Shown piece by piece: positions 50,077-63,786 of a DNA stretch of 64,000 nucleotides. The notes under the pieces are model-generated. The model saw nothing but the letters and a program-made list of their open reading frames with translations, had not been told where the DNA came from and made no database searches. How positions within the stretch are numbered: the stretch's first letter is position 1; each line of letters opens with the position of its first letter. Source of the DNA: Phoronis australis (taxonomy: Eukaryota; Animalia; Phoronida); NCBI GenBank assembly GCA_002633005.1, contig NMRA01000098.1, forward strand, positions 367,915 through 431,914, read 5' to 3'. Made by a program: the position numbers and the translations under genes.

Positions 50077-53000
50077 AAAAACTCGCCTAGCATTTATGCA
50101 TTTCTTCTGTTTTTGCTGCTATTATTTGGGATTTAAATGCGTGCTATGCATGGACAATTGAATAAATAATTAAAATAAGTATATTTATTATATGTATTTT
50201 TTCGATGCAATAGTGAAATATTCTATGTCCTTTGCCCTCACAACAGGTTCTAGTTCACAGAAGCAGTGCTATAGGTCACAGAGGTCATATCATATAGGTC
50301 ACGTTTGTTCACTTTTACTGTACGATAGTGGCTGAATCTCTTTTGTGTATCAATCCTACTACTAATTATATGAACAGCTATTTGCTTTTCATGTGTGGTG
50401 TGTGTAGCTGAACTTTTTTGGGAACTGTTTGATGAACAAATGTTCAATTTATATGTGAGGCCCACTGAAATCCTTGTGTCACTTGCCCATTAGATTACTT
50501 TTAAGATTTGCTGCAGCCAGTAGGTTGTATTTTCCGTTCTTATCCGGGTCAACACCCACGCTCAGTTTGACACCCACATCTGAATTTTTAAAATTTTTAA
50601 GAGCCCATGCTTGGTTTACCTCAGTTCATAGGATTGAGACTTCCTGAAAAGCTCCCATGCATTCTTATACAAGTATCGTACAAAAACCGCGAAACCGTAT
50701 TCGTGTAAGCATTGCTTGGCCAGCACACTACATTGTACAAATGTTGGCATCAGAAAATTTAAAAACATGCTGCCTACAAAGCTGGGTTATGCTACTGATT
50801 TCCTGTGCACGATCTCTCCATTCTAGATGGTAAGCCCTCACTACGCTGACTACAATCCGCCCATGTTGTATTTGACTCTTGCACAGTAGTAGTAGTAGTC
50901 CAACATTGATATAGCTACCTGGATATTCCCCCTGCTTCCCAAAAATTTGTTTTATCAGGTGTCCTTGCTCAGCTAAGCACCCACCCCGTCACATATTAGT
51001 TGCCCAAGTGTCCTGGGCAGTAACCTGGATGAAGGCTGTGTATTTATAATAACCTAAAGTTCTGGTGACAAATGGTGGTAGCAGTTTGATGTGTGAAATA
51101 ATATGTGCAATTATGGATGTAGAAGTGTGAAATTGTCTTCCAAATGAACTCCTTGCAATGGGTAAATGATACAAGGTTGGGGAGACGAGGTATTAACTGC
51201 AGTATCCTTTCTTTATTTAGCTTCACGTTGGTCGGCAGTAGGTGTAAAGTGTTGCTGTATACACTGTGCTCTGTGTTGTTTGGTTTTGCAACGGTTGTGA
51301 TGTGAAATAGAATATTTAATTAACACCATCAGTGCTGATTTTAATAATGCCTATTTGTGCTATGTAAGTTGTCTCGAACAAAGCAATTCTATTTTGAGAC
51401 TGAAATATGCAATCTAATATGACTGAAAGGTATTGCTAGGTGTAGGTATTGGATAGTTAATAGTGCTGGAATATGCTGTACTTAAAGTAATGGTCTAGAT
51501 TTTGTTCAGCTTTTGTTTTGCTGTTGTAGTTTTTAGGTGGTCTACATTCACTTTGAGGGTCATTTTTATACCAACACCCTCTGGTTTAGTTTACTAACTT
51601 TGCTACGAGACCTGGTTTAAGACCTCATCTCACCAAGGTAGTTCTCAAAACGTTCGTCTTAAAGAAACAGGATGGGCAGAAGTGGGCAACTTTGGCCAAA
51701 ATAATTTGACATTTCATAGACTTTAAATTCACAGACCACTGATCACACAGGGCTGTCGATATAGAGGATGGGGACACAATATAGCTGTTTGAAACGTGTC
51801 ACGTTTGATCACTTTGTAAGACTAAATGAAGTTGAAGTGCTACCCTCTGTCACCCACCTTGAAGTAGTATCTCCTGGTACAGCCAGGTGGCGATACGAGT
51901 TATTGATACTACAGTGTAATGCTTCGTGTTTCCAGTTGGTTTTCCTCAGTTTTCGAGATCATTGTGAACTACTTTAATGTAACTGACCACTTAGTTTGCT
52001 ATCATCAGTTCTGTGAGACTTGGTTTGCTTAGTTTGCAGTATATTGGGTTTTTGTTTTGTTCTCACTCTTTCTCACACTTTTGTTATGCTGCAGTATTTT
52101 TTGCAATTATAGTAGTACATATTTTTGGCAATCTTGTCCCCTGGTCTTATTGAACAATACTTATTGATGAACAATCTGTAACCGAGCAAGAAAAATGAAG
52201 AAATAGTAAAACATGTCAAAAACATAAAAGTTTGTGTTTTTGTGTGTCATCCACACTTAGAAATTGTATAAGAAGTTGTGTTTCACAGAGGGTAAGATAG
52301 ATTGGACTTGCGGTGCAAAATCTGCTTATGAATGGGCAGAGTTCAAGCCCACAATGCACCACTCTATTGGCTGCCATGTTGCTAGGATAGGCTTGTGAAA
52401 CGAACAACGCAACTCCTTTATACTCATTTTATTTACAATTATTTACAGTCAACTTTAAGTTACAATACATTAATAAATAAATAGACAAAATGTACAACAA
52501 TGAGAGTACAGTTATAACGCGTACCAAATTCCACATAGGGAATATTTAATGAATTGTGACTGCAATTATAGTCAAAACTGGTGCTTTATAGCCATTGGTG
52601 ATGTCCAATAAGAATAGAAAGGGGACGTTTGTACCAAACTAAGGACCTATTGACATAGATGCCGTTAGTGGTACTATATTGCGCTCAGTATCATAAAGTG
52701 GATCCTACTGTTCAAGGTGGCTGTTTTTTCTTCATAAAGCATGAAGTCTAGCTTACCTATAGGTAGCTGCAGACTTCGTTGGTTGGACTTCTGTAAGTCT
52801 GTGGTTCCAAACTTTACAAAAACATGGGGAAATATTCAAATTTAAGACCCTACTATTTCGGAAAATTAGAATTTTACTGAGGGGACACATCCTGAGGCTG
52901 AAAAACAGCAGACTCCCCAGCCTGACAACCCCTCAATTATGATTTACACAAGTTGCGGAATAGACTGCAAGACCTTTATGTTAAGCAGGATTTCAGAACA

Positions 53001-53392
53001 AAATGACATAAATAACAGTGCTGTAACCAGACATTACCGATTCATTACAAAATTTCCCAGTTAGTTTCAACTCCATGCAGACGGAACGATTTTCGAAAGC
53101 AAATGTTCTATTGTTGAGTGTTCCCAAGCGGTCTTGTCAATGAACATCCCACATACTGATACACTTGCTGATAATTGATCTGCTTCACACAAGGTAAACT
53201 TAGATCAGCCTTTAGATGATGCCATACAATGGCACAGGAATTTCTTGAACAAATACCAATTGACATCATGGAACGGTCTGTATTTCAAATGGGTTTGCAA
53301 CCAGATTTCCTTACAACATTTAAAGAGCATAAAACTAACATCAGTCAATGATGCCTTTGTTAGGTTCCCCCAAACTACGATGACGCACCCTT

Positions 53393-53480
53393 TCATTGAG
53401 CTTCAAACTGAATGTGTGTCGGCACCGCTTGTACCTGTTTCTCGACAACGTACACAACTTTTTGTCGTATTCCACGAAAT
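53393..53480 (-). CDS. Uncharacterised multi-pass membrane protein, last exon
   Basis: ttttcag|A FRGIRQKVVYVVEKQVQAVPTHIQFEAQ*. Phase 2 matches the upstream exon. Candidate poly(A) signal (tttatt) at 52428-52433. Confidence 0.7.
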
Positions 53481-53877
53481 CTGAAAAATGAAAATAAAAA
53501 CGGCTAACAATCGAGCAATATACACAAAACGTTTGCTATGATGCTTCTCTCACCTGAAATTTCGAGCCTCATGAGGTTGATACCTATTCTTCCACTTAAC
53601 GGAAAAACTATGGAGAAATATGTTCCATGCACTCCCATACTAAATTTTCGACTCCAGCAAATAGCACTTTTTGGACCTAAGTATGCATCGCCTAGTAGGC
53701 ATAATGCTGAAGTGGATCCAGTTAAAGCAGTTGCTATGTTCTCTTGTGAGGAATCGACAAAATGAACAAAACCTCGAATCGTATCCGTGTTGAATTTTGG
53801 TGCCCAATGAGCTGAGAGCAACGTCTTGCAGACAACATATTAATTAAGTGATTTTTAAGCATAAAATGTTAACGTAC

Positions 53878-54042
53878 CTCTGTATGTACATGGAGCCAAC
53901 GCTGGACGCCAGGTTCACCAGCACAAGGATCCCAAGATAGACTAGGAGTTGATTACATGTTGCCGTGACAATGGTTTTGAATGCATCGAGATATGGCTGA
54001 ACAAGTGTCTCGGCGTGCTCCGAGGTCACCAGTCGAGGAATT
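53878..54042 (-). CDS. Uncharacterised membrane protein exon (TM helix)
   Basis: ttccag|..IPRLVTSEH...LLVYLGILVLVNLASSVGSMYIQ AG|gtacgt, phase 2/2. Confidence 0.75.
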
Positions 54043-54094
54043 CTGGAAAATAAAAAATAATAGTAGCCACTACAATAAAACAGTGTAACAGTTC

Positions 54095-57000
54095 TTATCA
54101 ACTCATTTGTTAGAAAGCAATGTCGAAAACATATTCAACTGACAATAACAATGTGCTAAATTAATTTTAAGAAATTTTGTCAAAATCAGCGAAGAACTCT
54201 TCACAATTCCAAAATCAGTCATCCACCTTATCATCCTTTCTCTTAAATAAACAAAGGCTTCAAAAGTACGATACAGAAAAGTATAATTCCTTACTGAACG
54301 TATCTGGAACTAAATACTTAAAAGGATTGATAAAAATCTAAGCACGATCTTACAGTTGAGAAAACTAAAACAATTGCACTTTAGAAAAAAGGCTATAGAA
54401 TTCTATAGGTCAACTTTCGTCAGATTTTTTGTGAATTGCCCGTATTTAATCTTCAACTTTTGTAATTCCGCAGCTAAAAACTCTTTGTACAAATAGCTTG
54501 AAGCCTTTCACTATGTTTTTAATAAGTTTTTCATACTAATAACTGCGACTAACAAAATCTACCACAACTGCGCCTTCCTAAATAATTTACAGCAACATTA
54601 AACACATGTACAGTTAAAAAACAAGTTTTGATTTAGGCCACTTTTAATTATAAAAATAAAGCGGTCACCAATTTTTCCTCAGTCAAATGTGAGGTGATTT
54701 GACCACATCGAAAGAACTAAACAGAGTGCTTGAGTCCAGGGTCACGGTGTGACCTGAAATTTTATGAGCTAGTTCTTCTCTAGCCCAAAGATTTTTTCTA
54801 AACTAAGTGAGGAACAACAAAAGAACAAATTTAGTTACGGTAAGTGACCTAAATGAAAACTTAGTTGTTTACAGAAAGCATGGGTCTCATGTTCCTTTAA
54901 CTTACACTATTGCTCGAGGTGAGAGAGTCTCCATGTTACAGTCATCTGAAGCCCCCTCATAAGGCAAGGCTACGGGACACTTGCCACTAGAAACACAAAG
55001 AAAATGCAGAGTAAGATCACCCTCCAACTACAGTACAAAGTATTCAGACAAAATGACCCAGAATTCCCTGTCACAATGGCTACGTATAGGTGGAAGTTGA
55101 ATTCATCATCATCTTAGTCTTCCCTCATGATCGAGAATGAAGGGAAATAAATACGCAGGAAAGTTAGTAAGGTGACTAAGTCATTTTGTAATTAGAATTT
55201 TGCTACGCTAAAGCTAGTACAAGAAATTTTTGCTGTAAACAGAATATTGGCTGCCATGGCGGGAAAACAGTATTTTGTCCCATCACTTTTGTCTTATACT
55301 GTATTTTGTACAAAACTTGATAAGGCAGAGAAGTGGAATTCAATTTAAAACTGTTAAATCAGCAAAAGACATTTTAGGCCTGTTCATCCAAATGTTTCTG
55401 GAACATTTTACAGATTTCTTCCTCAAAAATTTTATTCGAGGGCAATTCCACAGAGTTTGTCCCCTTAGTTACCAGCAAAAATATGGAGCAACCAAGTACA
55501 CGTTCAGTTTATTGAACAGATGTAGTCGACTACAATTTATTTTTTGTCTCCTTAAGATAAAGGTATGACACAGTCTCCCTGTTGGTAAAGTTTAGTGGAA
55601 ACGAATTTCAAATTGCCTAAAGCAGGGGATGAACAAGGAGCAATCTCTCTGGAATGAACATAGCAATTCTTGAGTTTATGTGAAATTAAACTTTGGATAT
55701 TACGGCGTTTTCCCGTTCAGTGACTTTACCAGATGTAGAGGGGGGTGAGCATGTGATAACATCTAGCTTCTTTGTTAACTGCCAAGTACAGTCTTTTGTC
55801 TGGTATGACAACAGGTAGGCCATATTACCTACCAGGCTTATTACAGACCACGTGTGAGCACAGTCAAACCCAGAGCGAATTGGTACATTCGGAAAGAATA
55901 GATGGTCGTAACTTTGGTTGTAGATGGGCGATTTTGACGATTCAAAAACTAAACATAACCACCATTTGACGAGGATTTCAGAAATGCTATTGGTGGTTTA
56001 TGTTCAAATATGTTATAACTTAACTTTTATTTTTAACAACACAGCCCACGTCAGGCTAGTTACGATCTTATTGGAGATTAGAGCAATTATCGAACAAAAG
56101 AGAGCTGGCCCTTCAACCATAAATGCCAGAATGGAATTAATCAGTCATGTAAGATATCGGCTACAGGGGTCATCTTCCCAACTTGTTGTTGGGCTATAGA
56201 ATCAAACAAATTGGGAGCAACGGGAAAACGCCGTAATGAATTTTGAAAAAAAATCCGCAAAAAAGACTTGCTAATGGGCGTTACAAAATTTTTATTCTAT
56301 CACAAGCATGTTTTGTACAACACAATTGTCAAAATAGCAGATGGGAATTATTTGTAACAAGAAAGGCAACTTTTGCAAAATGTCAATTTTGCATTTCCAC
56401 AAAATAGCTGAAGAACTGCTGAAGGTTTAAGGGTCATGTAACAACTAGCGAGTACAAGGGGATTGTGCCACCTGAAGCAACTTTAAGTTAGCAAATATAA
56501 GGAAGCTATAATATCTTTTTAAGCAATTCTTAAAACTGTAACCAAGACTTGGAAACATAAGAACTTATTTGTTAATCTCATGGTNTTATCAACTCATTTG
56601 TTAGAAAACAATGTCGAAAACATATTCAACTGACAACAACAATGTGCTAAATTAATTTTAGGAAATTTTGTCAAAATCAGCGAAGAACTCTTCACAATTC
56701 CAAAATCAGTCATCCACCTTACCATCCTTGCTCATAAATAAACAAAGGCTTTAAAAGTACGATACAGAAAAGTATAATTCCTTACTGAACTTATCTGGAA
56801 CTAAATACTTAAAAGGATTGATAAAAATCTAAGCACGATCTTACAGTTGAGAAAACAAAAACAATTGCATTTTAGAAAAAAATAGGCTATAGAATTCTAT
56901 AGGTCAACTTTCGTCGGATTTTTTGTGAATTGCCCTGTATTTAATCTTCAACTTCTGTAATTCGTTTGCCGAGTCGTAGCTAAAAACTCTTTGTACAAAT

Positions 57001-58977
57001 AGCTTGAAGCCTTTCACTAAATTTTTAATAAGTTTTTCATACTAATAACTGCGACTAACAAAATCTACCACAACTGCGCCTTCCTAAATAATTTACAGCA
57101 ACATTAAACCTGTGTTCAGTTAAAAAACAAGTTTTGATTTAGGCCACTTTTAATTATAAAAATAAAGCGGTCACCAATTGTTCCTCAGTCAAATGTGAGG
57201 TGATTTGACCACATCGAAAGAACTACACAGAGTGCTTGAGTCCAGGGTCACGGTGTGACCTGAAATTTTATGAGCTTGTGCTGAAAAAATAACGAAGCGC
57301 TAGTTGTTCCCTAGCCCAAAGATTTTTTCTAAACTAAGTGAGGAACAACAAAAGAACAATTTTAGTTACGGTAAGTGACCTAAATAAAAACTTAGACCAG
57401 TTGTTTACAGAAAGCATGGGTCTCATGTCCCTTTAACTTACACTATTGCCCGAGGTGAGAGAGTCTCCATGTTACAGTCATCTGAAGCCCCCTCATAAGG
57501 CAAGGCTACGGGGCACTTGCCACTAGAAACACAAAGAAAATGCAGAGTAAGATCACTCTCCAACTACAGTACAATCCAAAAGTATTCAGACAAAATGACC
57601 CAGAATTCCCCGTCACAATGGCTACGTAGGTGGAAGTTGAATTCATCATCATCATAGTCTTCCCTCATGATCGAGAATGAAGGGAAATAAACATGCAGGA
57701 AAGTTAGTAAGGTGACTAAGTCATTTTGTAATTAGAATTTTGCCACACTTAAGCTAGTACAAGAAATTTTTGCTGTAAACAGAATATTGGCTGCCACGGC
57801 AGGAAAACAGTATTTTGTCCCATTACTTTTGTCTTGTACTGTTAAATCAGCAAAGGACATTTTAGGCCTGTTTATCCAAATGTTTCTGGAACATTTTACA
57901 GATTTTTTTTCTCAAAAATTTTATTCGAGGGAGATTCCACAGAGTTTGTCCCCTTAGTTACCAGCAAAAATATGGAGCAACCAAGTACACGTTCAGTTTG
58001 TTCTAGATGTAGTCGACTACAATTTATTTTTTGTCTCCTTAAGGTAAAGGTATGACACAGTCTCCCTGTTGATAGAGTTTAGCGGAAACAAATTTCAAAT
58101 TGCCTAAAGCAGGGGATAAACAAGGAGCAATCTCTCTGGAATGAATATAGCAATTCTTGAGTTTATGTGAAAATAAACTTTGGATATGACGGCATTTTCC
58201 CGTTCAGTTCAATTACCTACCAGGCTTATTACAGACCACTTGTGACCACAGTCAAACCCAGAGCGAATTGGTACATTCGGAAAGAATAGATGGTCATAAC
58301 TTTGGTTGTAGTTGGGCGAATTTGGCGATTTAAAAACTAAACATAACCACCATTTGATGAGGATTTCAGAAATGCTATTGGTGGTTTATGTTCAAATATG
58401 TTATAACTTAACTTTTATTTTTAACAACACAGCCCACGTCAGGCTAGATACAATCTTATTGGAGATTAGAGTAATTATCGAACAAAAGAGAGCTGGCCCT
58501 CCAACCATACATGCCAGAATGGAATTAATCAGTCATGTAAGATATCGGCTACAGGGGTCATCTTCCCAACTTGTTGTTGGGCTATAGAATCAAACAAATT
58601 GGAAGCAACGGTAAAACGCCTTAATGAATTTTGAAAAAAATCCGCAAAAAAGACTTGCGAATGGGCGTTACAAAATTTTTATTCTATCACAAGCATGTTT
58701 TGTACAACACAATTGTCAAAATAGCAGATGGGAATTATTTGTAACAAGAAAGGCAACGTTTGCAAAATGTCAATTTTGCATTTCCACAAAATAGCTGAAG
58801 AACTGCTGATTCAGAAGGTTTAAGGGTCATGTAACAACTAGCGAGTACAAGGGGATTGTGCCATCTGAAGCAACTTTAAGTTAGCAAATATAAGGAAGCT
58901 ATAATATCTTTTTAAGCAATTCTTAAAACTGTAACCAAGACTTGGAAACATAAGAACTTATTTGTTAATCTCATGGT
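54095..58977. repeat. 2.4-kb direct tandem duplication separated by a single N (likely uncollapsed haplotypes)
   Basis: Copy 1 (54095-56584) and copy 2 (56586-58977) both start ttatcaactcatttg and end aatctcatggt. N at 56585. Scattered SNPs and indels between copies. Confidence 0.9.
55703..56233. mobile_element. MITE with TA TSD (allelic copy at ~58190-58620)
   Basis: Perfect 19-bp inverted repeat attacggcgttttcccgtt (55699-55717) / aacgggaaaacgccgtaat (56219-56237). Confidence 0.75.
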
Positions 58978-59279
58978 ACTTTTTTAACCTTTAGTCTTTC
59001 TATATAAAAGGTCACTGGCCCGCGTTACATACCAAGCATATTATACAGACACACACTGATGTATGAAAAAAGAATAAAATGATTTCAAAATGAAATATTC
59101 TGAAGAAAATAAAATAAAAATATAGATTTACAAAACTATTTTGAGACAAAAACTCAATACTTCAATAAGTTTCAGCTGCCCTTCAATTTCTCAGGAAGCA
59201 TTTCAGCAGAATTTAAATAAAGAAACTAACCTGAGTGTATACAATTAAAATATTAAAATCATTTTCTTGGTAAATTTAC

Positions 59280-59449
59280 CTTTCTTTACAGTTGAGTTTG
59301 CTGTGAATGTTAAGTCTGAGAGCGTGATAATACTGAAGATGTGTCTTGTACATATTCGTGTACAGACGGTTGTCTATCTGGTTGATACGCTGGCTGTGAG
59401 ACTCCACTACTGTAAAGGCTGCCTGAAAACTCAAGTCTATGGGCCGCGT
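59280..59449 (-). CDS. Uncharacterised membrane protein exon
   Basis: ttccag|TRPIDLSFQAAFTVVESHSQRINQ...NCKE AG|gtaaat, phase 0/2. An alternative in-frame acceptor lies before AAFT. Confidence 0.7.
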
Positions 59450-59855
59450 CTGGAACACAGTAGGAAAATATTGAAGCTCAAAGTGTGGCAAAACATTAAC
59501 AGAGTTAGAGTTACGTAAACATAAGACTATAGCTAAGGATACTGGTGTGATCACAAGTCAGCCATTTTATTTGATCAAGCACCTCAACAAAAATAACAGT
59601 CAAGAAAATATCCTTCACTGTTGCCATTGATTGGCCACTTATTTTTCAACAAACTCAACAACACAAGGGTTTTGACCAATGGCAGCCCTCAATTTTTAAT
59701 TGTAAGCCTAGATTACTAGACAAAACATCAACTTGGCAATTACATATAGTTTGAAATTAAGCATGTAGAAGACATAAAACATATTAATAAGTTCATTTCA
59801 ATACAAAATGACTTGACAATTAGATAATTGACATGTTTATCCACTTCCAACTCAC

Positions 59856-59990
59856 CATGGTGTCAAAATAGCCGACCTGATGTAGAGTCTTCATGTTTAC
59901 AACAACGTTGACAGAGGTCACCGCTAGTGCCACCAGACAACTGATGAAGGCTGTGGCCAGAAACTTGGGAATGAAATCTGTCTTCATTAC
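59856..59990 (-). CDS. Uncharacterised membrane protein exon (TM helix)
   Basis: ctccag|VMKTDFIPKFLATAFISCLVALAVTSVNVVVNMKTLHQVGYFDTM|gtgagt, 135 nt, phase 0/0. Confidence 0.78.
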
Positions 59991-60871
59991 CTGGAGACAT
60001 GGAACAGTTATAACACAATATCACGCTAGGACATATTGGGGTTGGCTCAGATTCTTCACAATTTACAAGGGGGTAATAAAACAATTTTCTTCTCAGCCAG
60101 GACTATAAACCCTTTGTGATTCTTTACTTACACTGTCCAACAGAGACAGTTGTTAAGAGCAAGGTTCACAGAGAACTACTTTCACTGACCTTGAGCATCA
60201 ATCTCAAAAGGTCTACTGAGGGTGAACCACTCATCATTTACAACCATCCCCAAAATTCTAAGTCACTATGTGGATTATAGTTACCCCCTCAGAGCCCAAA
60301 ACGGTCTACGTAGGGGGTCTTGTAAGCAGTGCTTCGATTGAAGATGCTTCTTAGGAGTTACTTGGCAAACACAGGCACTGTTTTAGTCATATACCTATCA
60401 AAAGGTCAGCAGATCTGTTGCCCCACACTGAACAATGTTTAAACACAAACATTATAGCCATAGCCCCCCCTACCATGGTAAAGCTTTGTTTCAATATAGA
60501 AAGGGATGCAAATTACACATCTAAAATATGACATTTCATTTCTATACTTAAAGCATATCCTCAGATAACCCAGGATATTTTTGTCGTAAAGGGATATTGT
60601 CAGTTTTACAGCCAAATAGCACATTATTGTTGGATGTGACAGACCACTGTACTGTTACCAGTGCCAAATATTCACTGAAATCAAGGCTAATTAAATAAGC
60701 TTAAAATACACCTGGCATTTATTGAGTGGGATTTAACTCCTCCAGGAGAGCATTTGACTGCAACCACAGTGGTTGGAGGTTTGAATATGCAAGGGGTTGA
60801 TCTCAGAAATCCCTGTTCTCGCTAATAACATCACCTTTTCCCGTACACAGAATGTTTCTTTAACAACCCAC

Positions 60872-61299
60872 CTGGTGGTAGACTCGTCTCAGGCTGCTGC
60901 AACACTGTTTCTTCTCCTCCCTGTCCCCGTCCTCTGTCTGGTGACGACAATCCACAAGGCATGGCCAGCCACACAGGAACTTCTCTACCGTCTTGACGCA
61001 CCTGGCAAACCGGTGCAGTAACCACACCAGATCCAGCACCACTGCACAAGTCAGCACCGATGCCCATGTGAACAGTGACAGCTTAGGCTTGCTGTCCAGA
61101 GAGTTGGGCTTCTTGAACACATTGTCCTTGAGGCCTGACATGGGGGGTTGTTGTGTGGTGCCAGTCACTTGTATGTGTATGGAGCTCTTGGGCAGTTTGA
61201 AGGATGAGAGGATGTCTTGCGTGGGGAGCGTCACGGGAGCTAAAGGGGGCATCTCGAACTCTGACCGGTTTGGCAGGGGAAAGTTCTTGAGGGTGAAAT
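60872..61299 (-). CDS. Uncharacterised membrane protein exon (TM helix)
   Basis: tttcag|(D)FTLKNFPLP...LSLFTWASVLTCAVVLDLVWLLHRF...RRVYHQ|gtgggt, phase 1/0. Confidence 0.8.
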
Positions 61300-61538
61300 C
61301 TGAAATGATTATTGGGTGATTAAAAAAAGAAAATATGCCACTGCTTTGTAGCGAAAAGATGCTGAAATAAACTATATCCCGTTTCTCATAAAGACTGGTT
61401 GTTGTTTGACACTCAGTCACTAATACTGTTTTAGCCGGTAAACCTGCAAACCATAGAAATAAAATTTTCAATTGTGACTTTGAATTGCTATATATTACCC
61501 ACTGTCCTGTATTAGGAAAACAAAGAGTCATGTATTAG

Positions 61539-62032
61539 CAGGGCTTGGAATGACTAATGACAAAAAAAGCGGAAACTTTTACGGCCCAAAACATGCGTGC
61601 TACCCAGTCTTGACATAGTCAATGTGAACCTGACAAAAATCGGTAGGACTAAAAAAAAAAGTTACCGCCAGCAATAGCATGCGTCTGCGTCTTTTTATCT
61701 CGTCCATCCACTTCGACCCCCACACATTTTTGGCTGCAGAGCCGTAGTATTTGTCATCGCGGTTTACAATCACACAGGGCGCCATTGAAAATCCCACCAC
61801 GCTATCCCAGATGCCCTGGCAATGTTGACAATTTACGTTCCTCCGAAACATAAAGAGCAACTTCCGCTTTTCGAGGTGAACGTCGTTGGCAACGCCGCGG
61901 TAAGAAAGGAATTTGCCGCGGAAATTTTATATCAAATCCGATTTTTTTTAACGTGGAAATATAATAAAATGCGCGGAAAGAACATTTGAAAAAAGCGGAA
62001 ATCCGCGTTTCTGCGGAAAATTCCAAGCCCTG
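61539..62032. mobile_element. hAT-like MITE with 5-bp TSD
   Basis: attag|cagggcttggaat...attccaagccctg|attag. Subterminal gcggaaa repeats. Confidence 0.75.
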
Positions 62033-63085
62033 ATTAGGAAAACATTTTAACACATAGGTCCATGGACCTACATCAGTGGGGTCAGTTTACAGAAAATGAA
62101 CCATTGGTATGGGAATAACATATACTCCAAATCAAAAATATGTATAATACTTTAAGGTTGTGTAGGACCTTATTGACAAGTTTGCACATTTAGCCAAACT
62201 AAAACTATAAAGTTTAACTAAGTAAAAGTATACATTTTCTGAAAGTAGAAATTCCCCAGAGTTTGATTTTTGACTCTATACCTATCCACCCCTAAATTAG
62301 GTCACATGACCTGGTCTCTGTAGGAAAATTTAGCAAGAAGGAAAGTAAAATTAAGTTACACTAGCAGAACAGCAAGATCAATACAGTGTTGTTGTTAATG
62401 CATTGAGGAAGCATCTTAGTGAACTAGAAGCAAGATCTATTGGTTGTAACAACTTTCATGTAATTAATTATAGCAGTTGCAGTAAAGATTGGTTTAAAAA
62501 TTGTACTATACATTATTCTGCACAAAAACCCGACAAGTATGTGCGGTTAAGTAATTATTGTAATGAAAAAGAAATAGGAGAAATTTATCATTTAACATTT
62601 AGCCTCCTCATAAATCGTGAATTAAAAAACTTCAGGTACCTCTTTACCCAAAGAAGAATATTTACAAATATCACTTTATACAAAATAGCGGTGGTCCAAA
62701 CTGATAAGTGGCCCTGTTGTGGTGAGTTACAGACTCTATTATTGCACATGTGCCAGGGCTTTCTGGGAATCTGTGCAAACACTCTTAAATAAAGCCCTAA
62801 ATACCCAATACATGTTTACGATGTGGGACATATTTAGATAAAAAACACATATTAATTTGCAATACCATTATACACTCGCACTTTACTTCATTTTATATTA
62901 TCAGTCACCAAAGGTAGAAAAGCCTCAGTCTCCTTTTTAATGATTTCAAGTTGAAATTGCAAACTTTTATAACATAATTTTAACAGATACCTCGGACACA
63001 AATGTGGATAAATGGAGAGGTCTGCATGCATGCTTTTAATAAGTATTCTAGAAATGATGAAAGTTGTACTGTTATTATTATCTTC

Positions 63086-63132
63086 GTGTGTGTGTGTGTG
63101 TGTGTGTGTGCGTGTGTGTGTGTGTGTGTGTG
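63086..63132. repeat. (GT)n microsatellite
   Basis: ~23 GT units with one GC interruption. Confidence 0.95.
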
Positions 63133-63786
63133 CGCGCACATTTTATTGCCTTATATATCTATTACTTAATGTCATATGCTTTTATTAAAGCCAGAATTGA
63201 GGCATCCAACCTCAGACTGGTGGCTTGGTGCTGTTGCCTGGGCAATAAATGTATAAAAAAATAACATGGCCAGATTTCGTATGATATAAACGTTCAAGAT
63301 AAAATCTGAAAAGCCCTGCCACAGTTTTCTAAATTATTGGGTTGTGTTTTCATTATATGCAATTTGAAATTTTTTCATAAAAATCAGAAGTACTACTTTG
63401 TATCCCCTCATGCAAGCGTAGAACATTTTAAAAACTGTACCATGAATTCCTAATGGCATTTTGGAGAACAATGTATGAAGCGTAGTATCTGAAAAATTCA
63501 CGTGAATTTGACCAGAGATTTCCGAGATACCATGTTCAGAATGTGGCCAAAATTGGACATTCTTCTACATAATTCAAGGGCACCAAAAATACTAAACAAT
63601 TGAATGGTACATAATCCCGAGTAGTCAGACAATGTGAAACTACTTAGACTTTCCGCTATTGCCAGAATTCCTCTCTGATCTGAAAATGCCATAGGCACGG
63701 AATCCTTGAGTGACCTCAAAAGAGAAACAGTTTTACACAGGGTGTCGTTTCAATAAATGCAGACACCAAACGTCAACATGCATCAC

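Noticed and set aside
53504-53821. 105-aa minus-strand ORF within the last intron of the membrane protein gene
   Set aside because: Non-ATG start and no domain. The flanking exons already join in phase without it.
55924-58587. Two near-identical 91-aa ORFs (55924-56199, 58312-58587) as duplicated genes
   Set aside because: They lie inside a MITE within the probable haplotype duplication, start at non-ATG codons and have no recognisable domain.
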